The notes: generated by a model not told the origin, from the letters alone. Shown: positions 1-13,930, numbered from the stretch's first letter. The stretch is DNA of 64,000 bases from the human T2T-CHM13v2.0 reference genome, Homo sapiens (GCA_009914755.4 CP068257.2:35008001-35072000), one strand, 5' to 3'. Numbers and translations: made by a program.

Positions 1-1544
1 TATAAGGAATGTTTTAAAATAACATAACCTTCATATAAATTCTTCACAGCTTAGAAATAGACACAGCTTTCATTTTTAGAAAGTTCCCATTACTTTGTAA
101 GGCCATCATTAATTTTGATTATTTTTTCCATTTTTATTTCTTTTTAGTTGCAGCTGAAAATGTAATAAATGTAATGAAACAGATATTCATAAAGTCATTG
201 GTGGATGAATCATGGGGATCTGGATAATGTTTTTGTCTATGACAGCCTTTATTTCTTTAATAAAAACAACAAATATCACAAATCACTTCTCAACAATAAA
301 AATATGTTTTCACAAAGCAAAAACCTACGTTTTGCTGTGATAATGGCAGCACATCTGTCATTCTCAACACATCTTAAACAGTCGTACATGGCGTGTGGTT
401 GGGGCCATGGGACTCTTCTGAAAAAGGCTACAAGAATTAGGTCATCTCAAATCATTAGGGTATTTTTTTCCATGATGATTATTTTGAGTTGTAACATATG
501 TTAAATTAAAATAAACTTTATATGGCTTTGGATTTCCCCAAATCTTTCAAAAAGTAAAATCCTATTCAAATGGCTCAAAAATAATACTGTAAAATATACT
601 CCAGTCCCCCTTTAAGAGTTTTCTGATATACTGGAATAGACTTAGAAACTGTGGCCAGAAGGGTCGGCTCTTTTTGCCCGCTTCTTAGGCAGGTGTTTCC
701 ACAGATCACAAGCTTCTGGTTAAAAGAGGCCTGAAGACCACTGACCTGCTCCCTGTGGGCCTGAGTCCTCTCCTCTTCGTCCCTCCAGGTCACCACACAG
801 GCCCTGGGGACAGGTACAGCTCACAGCTAGGAAGTCATGATCCCAGGATTCAAACCCCATCTTTGTGTAACTGCACAGCCAGTGCCCTAATACTCTCCAG
901 TTTTACCCGAGAGTTTCAGTGGCAAGGCTTGGGCCTCAATTGTGTTTCCACCAAGGTGGAAAATTTTCTGCTGGAAACAGTTATGAGTACAGTTAAGAGT
1001 CCCCCACCTGACCACGTGGGACAGGTCAGGTGATACAAAGTTGTCCTTTATGTGGGACCAAAATGTACTTCCCTTCAGTCTCTGTTGAGGGAGGAGGAAT
1101 GAGTCTAATTCCTGTATCCTGTGACTGTCCCTTCAAATATTTCAAGACTGTCATCTTCCTCCCCAGTCTTCTCTTCCACAGACCAAACAACCTTCAGCTC
1201 CTATGCGGCACCTGGCATGAATGCTTCTGAGGCTCTGCAGCTGCTGGAGGCGGACATTGGCCTAAAGGAGCCCATGAGTCCATGATGCCAAGACTGGGCA
1301 GGGACACCCAAGAGCTGTTTCTACTCTAGGAAATGGGGTGAGTGGAGGACAGGGGTGTCAGAGCCTCATGGGGCAGCAGGGCCTGTCTCCCTCATTGCCT
1401 TGATTGTGCCCTATGACTGTGTCCCCATACTGCCATGGAGATGGGACAGGACCCTAGCCCAACCTCTGTGTCTCTGTGGCCTTTCTACCCAGTGCCAAAC
1501 CAGATGATGTGTTTAAATATGTAGATGACCAGCATAATGGAGAC

Positions 1545-2035
1545 ATGTCCTGAGTTATATACGTAAAACCCTGCAACATAATGAGAAATACATGTTCGTC
1601 ATTGTAACTGTGGAGAATGTGGGGCCGTTTGTTCCTGCGGTAATGCTGACTAATACACCAACTAAGATTCCTCCCAGAAATATGTGCAGCCACCCACGGC
1701 TTAACAATGGGGATGTGATCTGAGAAACTTGTCATTAGGAAATTTCATCATTGTTCAAACATCATGGAGTGACTTACACCAACCTAGATGGTGTAGGCTA
1801 CTACACACCTAGGTTACATGGTAGAGCATTTTGCTCCTAGGCTACAAACCTGTGCAGCATGCTACTGTACTGAATACTGCAGACAACTGTAGCACAATGG
1901 TAAGCATCTGTGTATCTCAACCTAGAAAAGGTACAGAAAAAATACAGTATTATAATATTATGGGATCACCATCATATATGCGGTCCATTGTTGGCCAAAC
2001 CATTGTTATGTGGCAAAAGGCTGTACATATATAAA
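1545..2035 (+). mobile_element. Tigger-type (TcMar) DNA transposon fragment (Tigger1/MER2-like terminal portion)
   Basis: Recalled consensus-like strings: ggctacaaacctgtgcagcatgctactgtactgaatactg...atgggatcaccatcatatatgcggtccattgttggccaaaccattgttatgtgg. This resembles the Tigger1 terminal region; a (CA)n follows at 2048-2069. Confidence 0.5.
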
Positions 2036-2047
2036 ATGTGTGTGTAG

Positions 2048-2069
2048 ATACACACACACACACACACAC
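2048..2069. repeat. (CA)n microsatellite
   Basis: Direct reading: cacacacacacacacacacaga. Confidence 0.9.
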
Positions 2070-2869
2070 AGAGCATTTTGATAAGACACATAGATTTGCA
2101 TATAATTTCTATTATCGTTCCAGAATGAAGTGGTTTGCCATTTTTATTAGTAGTTTACTCTAAACTAAATCCAACATTTCAGTTTGTTTTTCTGATCAGA
2201 TTGAAAATATATTTAAAATATTATAAATCTTTTAGACTTGTCAAAAGAAAAGTGCAGTGAAATTCGTTTCACCAGATCACGAACATCTTCAAATAACCCT
2301 GGGGCTCTTTTTCTTCTCAGCATTCTCTTCCCTATCCCATCCAATCCTGCTTCTACGGCAGGTAAGAGAAAGGATAAAAACAGGTTGAGGAAAGGGTTCA
2401 GTCTGTCATTCATTTACGTCTGGGGCTGCCAGGAAAGCTGGCTGGTTTTCCTTCTGCTCTGTGAGCTGAGAGGCCTGGCGTTCCCACACTCCACACCTGA
2501 ATGAGCCAGGGGGGCCTCCGCTAATTGCCTGGGTCCCTCGCCTCCTGGCCTCGTTGGTGAACAGTAAGCCATTGTTTTGTAAGGGAGAAAAATAACCTTT
2601 TAATGAATGCGTGCACATCGCCCCAGCCCCCTACCCAGCATCCTGTGCCCAGGGTTTCATCCTAGAAGACACTCCAGGGAACGAAGTGCAATGGTGCCAG
2701 GTGGCCCCACAGAGCCTCCTCACTCCTGCAGGCATCCATCTGAAATTGGACTTCATGGGCCAGGACTTCAAGGTGAACTAAAAGTAACAAGCAAAAGCCA
2801 CTTGCCTCTTCTCTGCTTGAGGGGAAGTCGACCATAGAGTCAATTCGTCCCTTCGCTGATTTACTGGCT

Positions 2870-3460
2870 ATCACAACAAACACCCTGAAATACATTCCGG
2901 AATATTATCATTGCCGCAGCATCTGCTCTGCTCTGCCAGCAAACACGACTCCCCAAAGCCACGCCAGGGCGTCACCTACTCTCCTACCTCTGCACATCCA
3001 TTATATTTTTGTAACGGCAAAGGGTGCAAAAAGCAAACAGTGTGAGCTGGGCGCATGTTTTTCTAACAGGGCAGTAAGAAAATACTTGCTACCTGAGATA
3101 TTTCTGTAAGTCAGTGAAGCACGCCATTCAACATGTGGGTTGCATTATCCTCTGAGTTGAGCCTGGCTTTCTAACTCACACTAAACAGGCGTCTGCCAGG
3201 GCTGAGTTTAATAAAAACTGCAACTTTCGCTAGTTAATGCATATAGGCAATAAAGATTCAGGCATCCCGAGTGCTTAAGAACAGGCTAATTGCTGTGCAC
3301 TCTGTCCCTAAATGAGGGTTGTCCCCAAAAAACAGCAGAGAGACAATGACCCTGTGAGCATCCACTAGGACCAGCCTGTGATGCAAGCTTTTGAAGCATC
3401 CACACGTGATGTGCGTCAAGCTTCTGAAGCTACGCTCCTGAGGAAGGCTTTGTGCAGCTC
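2870..3460. promoter_or_regulatory. Candidate conserved non-coding/enhancer-like block (repeat-free, CpG-retaining, TAAT-type motifs)
   Basis: No recognizable repeat. Contains about 14 CpGs plus taatgcatat, caggctaattgctgtg and gctagttaatgcat motifs. No ORF structure. Inference only. Confidence 0.25.
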
Positions 3461-3557
3461 AGACTTCCCCACCATCTGCTAACCATGCCCTGCGATGGTT
3501 TCCATCCTAAGTGGATTTATGTTCCATCCCTTCATGATGCTTGCCTACAAGGAAGGC

Positions 3558-3612
3558 TGTATTATTTGGAATGTATTATTTGGGTCCTGGACTGTATTAT
3601 TTGGGTCCTAGA
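3558..3612. repeat. Short tandem duplication (~20-bp unit tgtattatttgg(g)tcctgg, about 2.5 copies)
   Basis: Direct reading: ggctgtattatttggaatgtattatttgggtcctggactgtattatttgggtcctagag. Confidence 0.8.
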
Positions 3613-3840
3613 GTTTTTTCAACATGTTCATGTTGATGGTTATGTCCTTTGATTTCACTGAGGTCATTACAAGAAGCGTCTAGATGAAGATGATTAAGAA
3701 GCTTCTGCATTGGAACTGACGTCGTTTCGTTATCAAGGGTGCCCCTCGTTTTGTCACCCAGGGAGCCCAGTAGATGGTCCAACAAAAAAAAAATTTTTAA
3801 CATAATGCCAGGAGAGAAATGCCCTTAAAAATGATTAAGT

Positions 3841-4165
3841 GGCCAGGCGCGGTGGCTCATGCCTGTAATCCCAGCACTTTGGAAGGCCGAGGTGGGTGGA
3901 TCACGAGGTCAGGAGATCGAGACCATCCTGGCTAACACGGGGAAACCCCTTCTCTAACTAAAAACACAAAAAATTAGCCGGGCATGGTAGCGGGCACCTG
4001 CAGTTCCAGCTACTCGGGAGGCTGAGGCAGGAGAATGGCATGAACTCCGGGAGGCAGAGCTTGCAGTGAGCGGAGATCGCGCCACTGCACTCCAGCCTGG
4101 GTGACAGAGCGAGACTCCATCTCAAAAAAAAAAAAAAAAAGAAAAAGAAAAAGAAAGAAAGAAAG
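3841..4165 (+). mobile_element. Alu SINE (AluS/Y-like), full length with poly-A/(GAAA)n tail
   Basis: ggccaggcgcggtggctcatgcctgtaatcccagcactttgg...gagcgagactccatctc followed by A-run and gaaa repeats. Confidence 0.95.
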
Positions 4166-4236
4166 CGGCAACTTCCCCACTCAATCTTGGGAAATGAGGG
4201 GACAGGTAGCCCTATTTTCTGTAAGAAATAGTTTCT

Positions 4237-4520
4237 GGGCCAGGCACCTTGGCTCTCACCTGTAATTCTAGCACTTAGGAAGGCTGAGGCGGGAAGATGA
4301 CTTGAGCCCAGGAGTTTGAGATCAGCCTGGGCAACATAGTGAGACCGTGTCTCTATAAAAAAATTTGAAACTTAGCCAGGTGTGGTAGCATGAGCCTATG
4401 ATCCCAGCCACTCCAGAGGCTGAAATGGGAGGATCACTTGAGGCCAGGAGTTGGAGGCTGCAGTGAGCTATGATCATGCCACTGCACTCCAGCATGGATG
4501 ACAAAAAAAAAAAAAAAAAA
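4237..4520 (+). mobile_element. Alu SINE (older, AluJ/S-like)
   Basis: ggccaggcaccttggctctcacctgtaattctagcacttagg...ccactgcactccagcatggatgacaaaaaaa. Confidence 0.9.
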
Positions 4521-5082
4521 GAAAGAAAATAAGAATACATTCTCACTCACCCCTCCTCCAGAATATATATTTTTTTAAATTCCTAGTTAGAAACTCCAAG
4601 CTGTCACTGATTTAAAAGAAAAACAGTTGCTGGGAGATACACAGCTTGCTAAAGCAGAAGTCTTTCAAAATGTCACTAAAATATGAGAGTTTCCTCTAGT
4701 TATTTGGTTTCCGCCAAATAGCTAACCTATTGCCAGCTGCACACAGGAGTTAGAAAAAGGTTACAATTCATCCCACCCGATTTGAGATTTTTCCAGTTAA
4801 AGACATGGCGAGGTAGAAAGACCAAGTCCCTTGTGATGTTAGATGGTCCTGGGGTACCATTGGACTGGCCGAGTCTAATCCCTGCTCCGCCCTTAGTAGC
4901 TCTACAGCCATGGGGATGGAGCTTATCCTCTTGGCCCCCCTTTCCTTATCTTTGAAACCAGAGATATGTCTTAGATGATCTCAATGTCTCCCCTTTTTCT
5001 GAAGCCTATTACAACCTTGTGGAACCAACCATTCCTAGGGTCGCATGAGCTCGCCTTTCCTAAGGGGAATATTGAAAAGCAT

Positions 5083-5096
5083 CCACCAGGGGGCGC
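5083..5096 (+). promoter_or_regulatory. Near-consensus CTCF-binding motif (CCACCAGGGGGCGC) inside a CpG-retaining unique segment (5040-5230)
   Basis: Direct reading atccaccagggggcgcctga. This matches the published CTCF core CCASYAGRKGGCRSY at all core positions. Flanks retain several CpGs (tcgcatgagctcgcc, gcggtggcaccggactgg). Confidence 0.4.
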
Positions 5097-5957
5097 CTGA
5101 TCCGCTTCAGGCGGTGGCACCGGACTGGATTAACCCTGCAGACAGGTGAGGTGACCCCAGCTTTCCCATCCAGCCCTGGAAGGATTCCGGATGTCCGGGG
5201 ATGTGACAGCCTCCCAGGGATTAGGCTAGAATCACACCATCTCCGCTACCAACCTGTTTTGCAATTTATTGACGCCTCTGAGCAGCTGGTCTGGATGACT
5301 CTATTTTCGGAAATTTCTGGCGTTTGGGGCCAGCTGTCTATGGGGGAAACATCTTTTCAGTACGCTCACGTATATGATTCAGTTGCAGGCAAGAATCTGG
5401 GAGCTGCTGGAAGCTGGGGGGAAAAGTCTCTGACTCTTGCCTTCAACCCCTGGCCACTGAGAAGTGGGACTGCAGCTAGTATGGCCCCCATAGCTATTGA
5501 AATGCCCGAGACACGTCAGTGTCTAAACATCTCTCAGACCACCCCTTCCACTTGGATGAACAACAGCCATCCTTTGAGAGCAGTGTGGTTCAGAAGCCAC
5601 ACCCTTAGTGCCTACATATTCAGGTTGGAGAACAGGTCTGCAGCCAGCCCTCAGCAGATACAGGGCCAGCTTGGAGGATAGGCTGACCAAAGAACTGAGA
5701 AGACTTATTTGGTCTCCATCACAGTTCTTGGAGAAGATGGAAAAAAGCGGGGTGGTTGAGCACCTGACATTCAAAATTGACCTACGTTGAGTGTTTGAGT
5801 TGTGAAAACCCATTAACAAGAAGGCGAATGTTTGGCTTTTTGCTGCCACAGATAAGGGCAGCTTAGGAGAGTTGCACTTTTTACCATACCCTGGAATAAA
5901 AATAACCTATCTGTCTATATCATAGACAGACCAGTTTGGGGTTTTATCCTTTAGTGT

Positions 5958-6252
5958 TTTGTTTTTTTTTTTTTGAGACAGAGTCTCACTCCACCTGCGC
6001 TGGAGTATGGTGGTGTAATCACTGCGCCCTGCAGCCTCAACCTCCCGGGCTCAGGTGATTCCCCCACCTCAGCCGCCCGTGTAGCGGGGACTACAGGTGC
6101 ATGCCACCATGCCTGGCTAATTTCTGTATTTTTTGTAGATATGGGGTTTTACCATATTGCCCAGGCTGTTCTTGAACTCCTGGCCTCAAGCAATCTGCCC
6201 ATCGTGGCCTCCCAAAGTGCTGAGATTACAGGAGTGAACCACTGGGCCTGTC
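5958..6252 (-). mobile_element. Alu SINE, full length (poly-T at left end)
   Basis: ttttttttttgagacagagtctcactcc...cccaaagtgctgagattacaggagtgaaccactgggcc. Confidence 0.95.
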
Positions 6253-8224
6253 CCTCCTTTGATGATCTGGATTAACCTGCCAACAGTCTGTCTTTTCCTG
6301 TAAGTCTGAAAAAAGCCACATCCTAACCCTGAAAGGGAGATCAGGTCTACAGGACTTGTGGGTGTTTTTTCCAATGCTGCCTTCTTCCCCCACCCTCTGC
6401 CTCCCATTCCAGGTGGGAAACGTGCTGGCAGGGTGACTTCTCTGGATTATAAACTCCGTGCCCTCACAGCTCTGAAGACTCAGTAGCCAGCACTAACATT
6501 GGTGAGGGGTGAAGAGCTGCTAACTGATGCTTATTATGTCTGAGCGCCAGGAACTTACAAGAAAAGTGGCCCCTGCTTCTCCCGGAACTGATGGTTCAAA
6601 GAAGCCAGCAGTCAGGCTGACAGCAGTCCTGCCAAACCTTCTCTCAGATGCAGGCTGTCCCTAAATGATAACAAGCTCCTGGAGGATCTGGGATGCCAGG
6701 ATGACTGAATGCTCCTGTCCTCTCTCAAACCATCCAGCAAAGGGGCCGAGAGCTGTTTCCTCACCCAGTAATGCAGGCAAAATGCTGCATGAACTGGACA
6801 GAATTCATGAGGGTGTTCTGGTTGGAACTATCTGAATAATAACTGCTCCGGGACTGTGGGTTGTTTGATATTTTATTTCCTAAGAAGGGTAGGGGAAAAC
6901 ATGTAGGGACCCAATGTCTTGGTCCCAAAAGATAAACCCATCGTGGGGCCTGTGAAAGAAGAATGACATCCTTATCTCAGGCTGTTCTTGGACTCTTCAT
7001 CACAGGGTGTCTGAGCCTGTGTGGATAAAATGTTCTGGAATAATGGGGCCGCTCTTTCCTTCCCCACCCCCATCCAACTGTGAAACAAGTTGTCATCTCA
7101 GAAGTGCCACAGAAGGGGGTGGCCTCCTGATCCACTTCCCGACTGACCTCACAGCCTCCAAGTCCTGGCTGAAGATTCCAGGTGGTAACTGCAGGGGCTG
7201 GACAGGAATGGTGCAGGTCTGAGCATGTGCACACTGACAGCTGTGAGCGATGGGGGACCCTGGCCATGCAGAAGAGGCACCTGCTGCCACCACACCCTGT
7301 GGGGAAGTGGGTGTGGGGAGGAAGAAAAGGGAAACATCCTTCTTGGTGGCAACTTCATAGCACCAGTCCCAGGATGAGTGGAGATGGCCACTACACAGTC
7401 TCCAAGTGACAGGAGCAGAGTCTGGCCACACGAGTCCCATCAGGAGAATGTGGCCCCGCAGGGCCTTGGCCCATCCACTCTTACCCCAGACCTCCTGGGA
7501 ACTGCACAGGGCCAATCTTACATCAACCTGTAAAGACCCCTTGGCCACTTCCTGGGAAGGAGGACTGGGGCAAGTCACCGAATATCTCTTGACTTCACCT
7601 TCTCTTGCACAACAGGAAACATCAGAGCCACTTTTGTTATTGTAAACATTGAATGCATGGAGCATGTAAAGGTCCTTCCTAGAGTAGGATAAATGGGAGA
7701 CTTCCTTCTTCAAAGGCTTCACTGTTTCTTAAAGCTGAGTCCTCCTGGCTCAAAGAGAGCAAAGATAAAGGAATTAGGAGCAGCCTCTCTCAAGCCAAAA
7801 CTTACCCTTTTGCATTGATTGCTTCTGTAACAAATTCAAGTATCCCTATTGGCAAATAGATATTTTGGGCAGACTAAAGCAAAGATAACCAACAATGCAA
7901 GACTTCACATTTTAAATTGTTTCAAATGTTAAAGCTACCAGCCCAAGACCACCAGGAACACACTTGTCAAACACAGTGAGTTGCATTAGCTTGCAAGGGA
8001 GCACACACTGGGGAGCTATAGACTTCTCAAATAAGGACAGTCAGGAAGGGTATCATTATGGGAACTAGCAGGGGATGTGGGGTCATTCTTGGGAGGACTG
8101 GTCAACTTGTAAACAAGGTGAGTTGCTGGGACAGCATCTTTCCTTTAGAATACATGCAGTACACTTAAGCCTGTGCCGTTACTGTGAGATCAGCGTGCCC
8201 ATGGTCTTCTTGAGAACATAGCCA

Positions 8225-8935
<711 letters not shown>

Positions 8936-9261
8936 TTTGTCTTGAATGTCATGGTTTGGTACAGTTTATTGTTTGAGAGTTTTATTGCTTGGGAGTTTTT
9001 ATACCACAGTTTTGCAAGCTGAGGCTTCTGTTTCAATTGTTTCCTTTTGCAGCCTAGACTCCAGTAGATTCATTTTTTTAACTTTATTACACCTGATTTT
9101 CAAACTATTGCATATTAAAATTATAGGGCCTTTTCCTGATTTATCAACTTTAGAACACAATCTATTAACTTATAGCTATGAAAGATGGGTGATTTGCTTA
9201 TCTGTAATACTATCCACCCAGCACCTCCAACTTCACCTAATTTTTGTTTTATTTTAGTTTT

Positions 9262-9568
9262 TGTTTTTTTTTTTTTTGTTTTTTTTTTGAGATGGAGTCT
9301 CACTCTGTTGCCCAGGCTGGAGTGCAGTGGCATGATCTCGGCTCACTGCAAACTCAGCCTCCCGGGTTCATGCCATTCATGCCAGCCTCCCCAGCAGCTG
9401 GGACTACAGGCACATGCCGCCACGCCCATATAATTTTTTGTATTTTTAGTGGAGTTGGGGTTTTGCCGTGTTAGCCAGGCTGGTCTTGAACTCCTGGCCT
9501 CAAGCAACCTGCCTGTCTCAGCCTGCCAAAATGCTGGGGTTACAGGCGTGACTCACCACACCTGGCCT
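9262..9568 (-). mobile_element. Alu SINE, full length
   Basis: poly-T + gagatggagtctcactctgttgcccaggctggagtgcagtgg...cctggcc. Confidence 0.95.
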
Positions 9569-10589
9569 GGTTTTTGTTCTTCTAATGATTATATTTATAA
9601 ATCTAAACCAGTGGTTCTTAGCCGGGGGCAATCTCCCTCTCCTCAGGGGGCATTTGGCAATGCCTGGAGACATATTTTGGTAGTTACAACTTGGGGAGTG
9701 CTATTGCCATCTAGTGAGTCCAGGCTGGCAATGTTGCTGAACATCCTACAATGCACAGGACAGCTCCCACAACAGAGAGCTATCCAGCCCAAATCTCAAT
9801 AGTGCCAAGGTTGAGAAGCCCTGCTTTAAACAATATATTAAAATCTCTTGACCCACCAACTATAGATAATATCTGACTTTGGATCTATAATGAAGGACAT
9901 GACCCCTCTACTTCATTCCAAATCTTCCCTCTCTTTCCTCTCAACCTAGTCAAGATTTGAACATCTACATTCTACTTAGTAACAATAACTAAGAGTTTGG
10001 CCTCAAGGTTGGTTCTAAAAAGTGAAACCCAATAAACAGTATTCATAATACTATGATTATGCAAATATTGGTGTCTGTGAACTGTATGGTGACACTCAAT
10101 CCACCAAGAAAGAAATTTGATTTTTTGCCACCAACTTGGGACCCTCAAAGGAGACTGAACAGAAATGTTAAGGTCAACTGGATTCTCTTTTCTTACACTT
10201 CATGAGTAGTTCACATCATACCCTATTATATTTGGCTTCACATTTAAACCATGACATCTTTGCAGTTTCTTTATTTTGGTCATGCTTTAACTGTTGTCTT
10301 AAATGTTTGTTCACAAAGGAAGCAGATTGCTTCACCTCATCATATGATCATGTAGCTTCTTAATCATGCTGCTTGTTAAGAGAATCTGCTTTCTTTGTAA
10401 AGCTGTACTTCCTGAAAGCTGCTTTTGTTCTAATTTGGAATATTTGCTTTCTAGTTCTGCTGTGTGGCTCTCATCTTTCCTGCAGCTAAGTTCCCTTATT
10501 CCTGCAGCCAACTTCCTTTTGTTGGATCCTTTCTAGCTCCAAGAGGTCATGGTGGGCAAGTGCTAGGCTCTGGAGCTACACTCCCAGGT

Positions 10590-10830
10590 GCAACTTCTAG
10601 GGCCACCACAGAGTAGCTGCACAACTCTGAACAAGTTATCTGATCTTTCCATATCTGTTTCCTTATATATAAAATGAGATTGTGATGATAAAAATAGTAA
10701 CCCAACTCATAGGGTAGTTGTGAGGATGACGTTAGTTAATGTACATAAAGTGCTTAAAAACAGTGCCTGGCTTTTAGTAAGCCCTCAGTAAGTGCTAGCT
10801 ATTGTGGTCATTATTTTGCTGGAGCATATT
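10590..10830 (+). mobile_element. MIR SINE fragment
   Basis: ctgaacaagttatctgatctttccatatctgtttccttatatataaaatgagattgtgatgataaaaatagtaacc...tgtacataaagtgcttaaaaacagtgcctggcttttagtaagccctcagtaagtgctagctattg resembles the MIR core and 3' region. Confidence 0.6.
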
Positions 10831-12660
10831 CTTAAGTAATCTTTTCAGACAGAGTACCAGGAAGGTAAAACTTTTAGTCTTTTTATGCATGAGCTGCCAT
10901 TATTTTGTCTTCTCGTTTGATTGACAGATTGCTAGACATAAAGATCCATGGTTAAATCACTTACCTTCAGAACTTTGAAGGCATTATCCCACTGTTTTCT
11001 AGCATCCAGTGTTACTGATGAAGAATCCAATGCAAATCTGATATTCATCCCTTTGTAGGTGTTGGTTTTTTGTATTTGTGAGTTTTTAGGATCTTCTCTT
11101 TATGTCTAGTGTTCCGAAATCTCACAAAATTGTGCCCGGGGTGAAATTTAACCTGTTATACTTGTCCAGCATTTGGTGAACACTTTCTAGCTGATCCTTG
11201 TGTTTCTCTTCAGCTCTGGTACATTTTTAAAACTCCGGTAATTTCAAATCGATTATTTTTTTCTGAATATTTTCTCCTTTCAATTTTCCTCTTTTGTATT
11301 TGTGGGATTGCCATCTGATAAAATGCTGTACTTACTGAATTGGTCCTCCATGTCATCTACATTTTCTTTCTTATTTTCCAACTTTTTATTCCGGAAGATT
11401 TTGTTTACTTATCTTCCAAGCTTTTTATTAGAAGTTTTATTCTGGTAATAAAGTTTTTAATTTTCAAGAACTTTCTTATTCTCTAAGTGCTCTTTTTTTC
11501 AGAGCAACCATTCACATTTTATGAATGTAATATCTTCTAAGTTTTTTCTAAGAAACTTATTAGAGGTTCAGATAGGAATTTTGTTTTAAGTTCTTACCTG
11601 TTGCTTAATTACTCTATGCTTTCTCTGGCCTCAATTATTCTATTTATCCTCTTGGTCCTCTTATTTGGGGCCCTTTTTCCTTTAACGTATGGTGACCTTT
11701 GGTTGCCATTTGTATATGCACCAGTGACAGGACTGGTTAATACAGGTACTGTTACTGTGTAAGTCTGACCAACTGCTTGGATCGGCTAATTGGGAATTGT
11801 GACCCATTTGTTCTCTAGCATTTCATCTTCTCCCTGCATAGACCTCTTGCTCTTCTCTACTGGATTATTTCATGGGCAATGAGCCCATCCAACAGCTCCA
11901 GCAAGTCCATACCTATAGTGTGAGCTAGCTCAAGATATCTCTTCAAGGGCTTCATCAACACTGGGGCAAATCTCCAAAGATACCCCCTAGGTGCCAGGTT
12001 ATCACATTTCCTGAATGCCCAGTAGATACCTATCCCTGTCCAAAGTGTATACCAGCATTTTGTAGGCAGGGGGTTAGAAGCCCTGAAATTAAGACATCCA
12101 AGTAGCCCAGAGTAGCCTGTACAGTCTGCTGGTGCCTACATGTATAATCTTTCCAGATGAGCTGCAACCCAATTGACCAGGCAGTGGGGTCCATTTGAAA
12201 CAATGGGCGCTGATAAACCATTGTGGCAATGCCCAGAGTTATCAAGGCAGATGTTGGATCTTGAGACTTAAGGCGCTGTCATGGAACTTAACAATACGCC
12301 GTAGTCCTCAATTCATGTCTGAAGCATTAATGCTATTTTCATTTATTTCTGTCTTTCATATGCAGTGGGGTCTTAACAAATTGAGGCCTAGAGATGGACA
12401 GAAAGACTCCCAGGCACCAGAAAGCTATTTCTTGCAGCCACCACGTTGCTGTGATTAACGAAATAGTTGGATGCATTTTCCACTCAAAAGTGGCTACAGG
12501 GGGAACTGAGTGTGAGTTGTTCACTGTCAACTAACAGCACCATTAGAATTATGTTAAAGCTGAGCTAAGAGAAGCAAGAGAAAGGATGCTACTCAAGAAG
12601 AATCTTCTAGTGAAAGAGTGAAAACTTTATTGGTCTCAATGGCAGTGGTGAATCAAGGAC

Positions 12661-12969
12661 TTTTTTTTTTTTTTTTTTTTTTTTGAGATGGAGTCTCTCT
12701 CTGTCGCCCAGGCTGGAGTGCAATGGTGAGATCTTGGGGCTCACTGCAACCCCTGCCTCCTGGGTTCAAGCAATTCTCCTGCCTCAGCCTCCTGAGTAGC
12801 TGGGATTACAGGCACCCGCCACCACGCCCAGCTAATTTTTTGTATTTTTAGTAAAGACGAGGTTTCACCATGTTGGCCAGGCTGGTCTCGAACTCCTGAC
12901 CTCGGGGGATCCATCCGCCTCAGCCTCTCAAAGTGCTGGGATTACAGCCCTGAGCCACCGTGCCCGGCC
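12661..12969 (-). mobile_element. Alu SINE (AluS/Y-like), full length with a 24-nt poly-T
   Basis: tttttttttttttttttttttttgagatggagtctctctctgtcgcccaggctggagtgcaatgg...gagccaccgtgcccggcc. Confidence 0.95.
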
Positions 12970-13329
12970 CAAGAACTTTTTAAATTCTGTGCAACCAAGA
13001 AATTCAAAACTGATCTACATGCCCTGTCCAGGTTGACCAGTTATCCCGCTAAACTAGTAACCACCAGAGACTGAGCCTGGAGTGGGGGCTCTATCTGTGC
13101 CTTGCTTAGTTCTTCATTTTGATTAAAAATACAAATGCCTATATTCTACCCCTAACCCCTTTACTGACTAATTCATGGGATCCATTTGACCGCTATTGAT
13201 GTTTTCTCACTTATTAAAAAAAATAGTTTCAGTGTAATTATTCTGAGTTAAATACATTTGCCTCTTTTTATCCTAAAAATTGGAAGTTGAAGAATCCTTT
13301 TGTTGCCCTTAATGAGCTACCGTAGTAGC

Positions 13330-13930
13330 TTCCTAGGGCTGCAGTCACAAAGTATTGCAAACTGGCTGGCTTGAAATAACAGAAACCATTCTCTCACGGT
13401 TCTCGAGGCAGACATCCAAAATGAAGGTGTTGGCAGGACTGGTTCCCTCTTGGAGACTCAAAGGAAGAACTGGTTCCATGCCTCTCTTCTATCTTCTAAT
13501 GGTTGCTCTTGGTTTGCAACTGCGTAACCCCAGTCTCCATCCCTGTTGTCACATGGCTGTTATCCCTCCGCGTGTCTGTGCCTTTACATGGTGTCCTCCT
13601 CTGTATGTGTGTCTCTGTATCTATTTTCCTCTTCTTATAACTTCCATCTTAGTTACATCTGCAAAGACTCCATTTCCAAATAAGGTCACATTCACAAGTA
13701 CCAGGAGTCCAGACTTGAACATATCTCTTGCAGGGACACAGCTCAACCCCCAATGCACAGTGTGCCTGTCAACTTCCATACACACTGGTTTGGTTCTATC
13801 CCAGGAAGTGGGGAGCCAGGGCTGAGAGACCAAAAATCCTAGATCCTGGTCCCAAGTTCTCAGCCCATGACTACGCATTACTGTTTCTAACAATGATATC
13901 AAAGGATCCTAAAGACTGGTTATATTGAAA
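13330..13930 (-). mobile_element. ERVL-MaLR-type solo LTR, MLT1-like
   Basis: gggctgcagtcacaaagtattgcaaactggctggcttgaaataacagaaaccattctctcacggttctcgaggcagacatccaaaatgaaggtgttggcagg...cttcttataacttccatcttagttacatctgcaaagactccatttccaaataaggtcacattcacaagtaccagg. Family assigned from memory. Confidence 0.55.

Noticed and set aside
5151-5849. 176-aa plus-strand ORF and overlapping 108-aa minus-strand ORF
   Set aside because: No similarity to any protein family I recognise. Mammalian exons average about 150 nt, so a lone 530-nt ORF in unique non-conserved-looking sequence is expected by chance. Overlapping antisense ORFs again point to composition.
7093-7722. 209-aa ORF plus several overlapping ORFs on both strands (6977-7722)
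   Set aside because: A GC-rich unique segment where both strands stay open by composition. There is no recognizable domain, no start context, and mutually overlapping frames. Not supportable as coding.
11020-12000. T-rich about 1-kb segment that might be an antisense ancient L1/L2 fragment
   Set aside because: I could not match it convincingly to any consensus from memory. The back-translation frames are not convincingly L1 ORF-like. Left unannotated.
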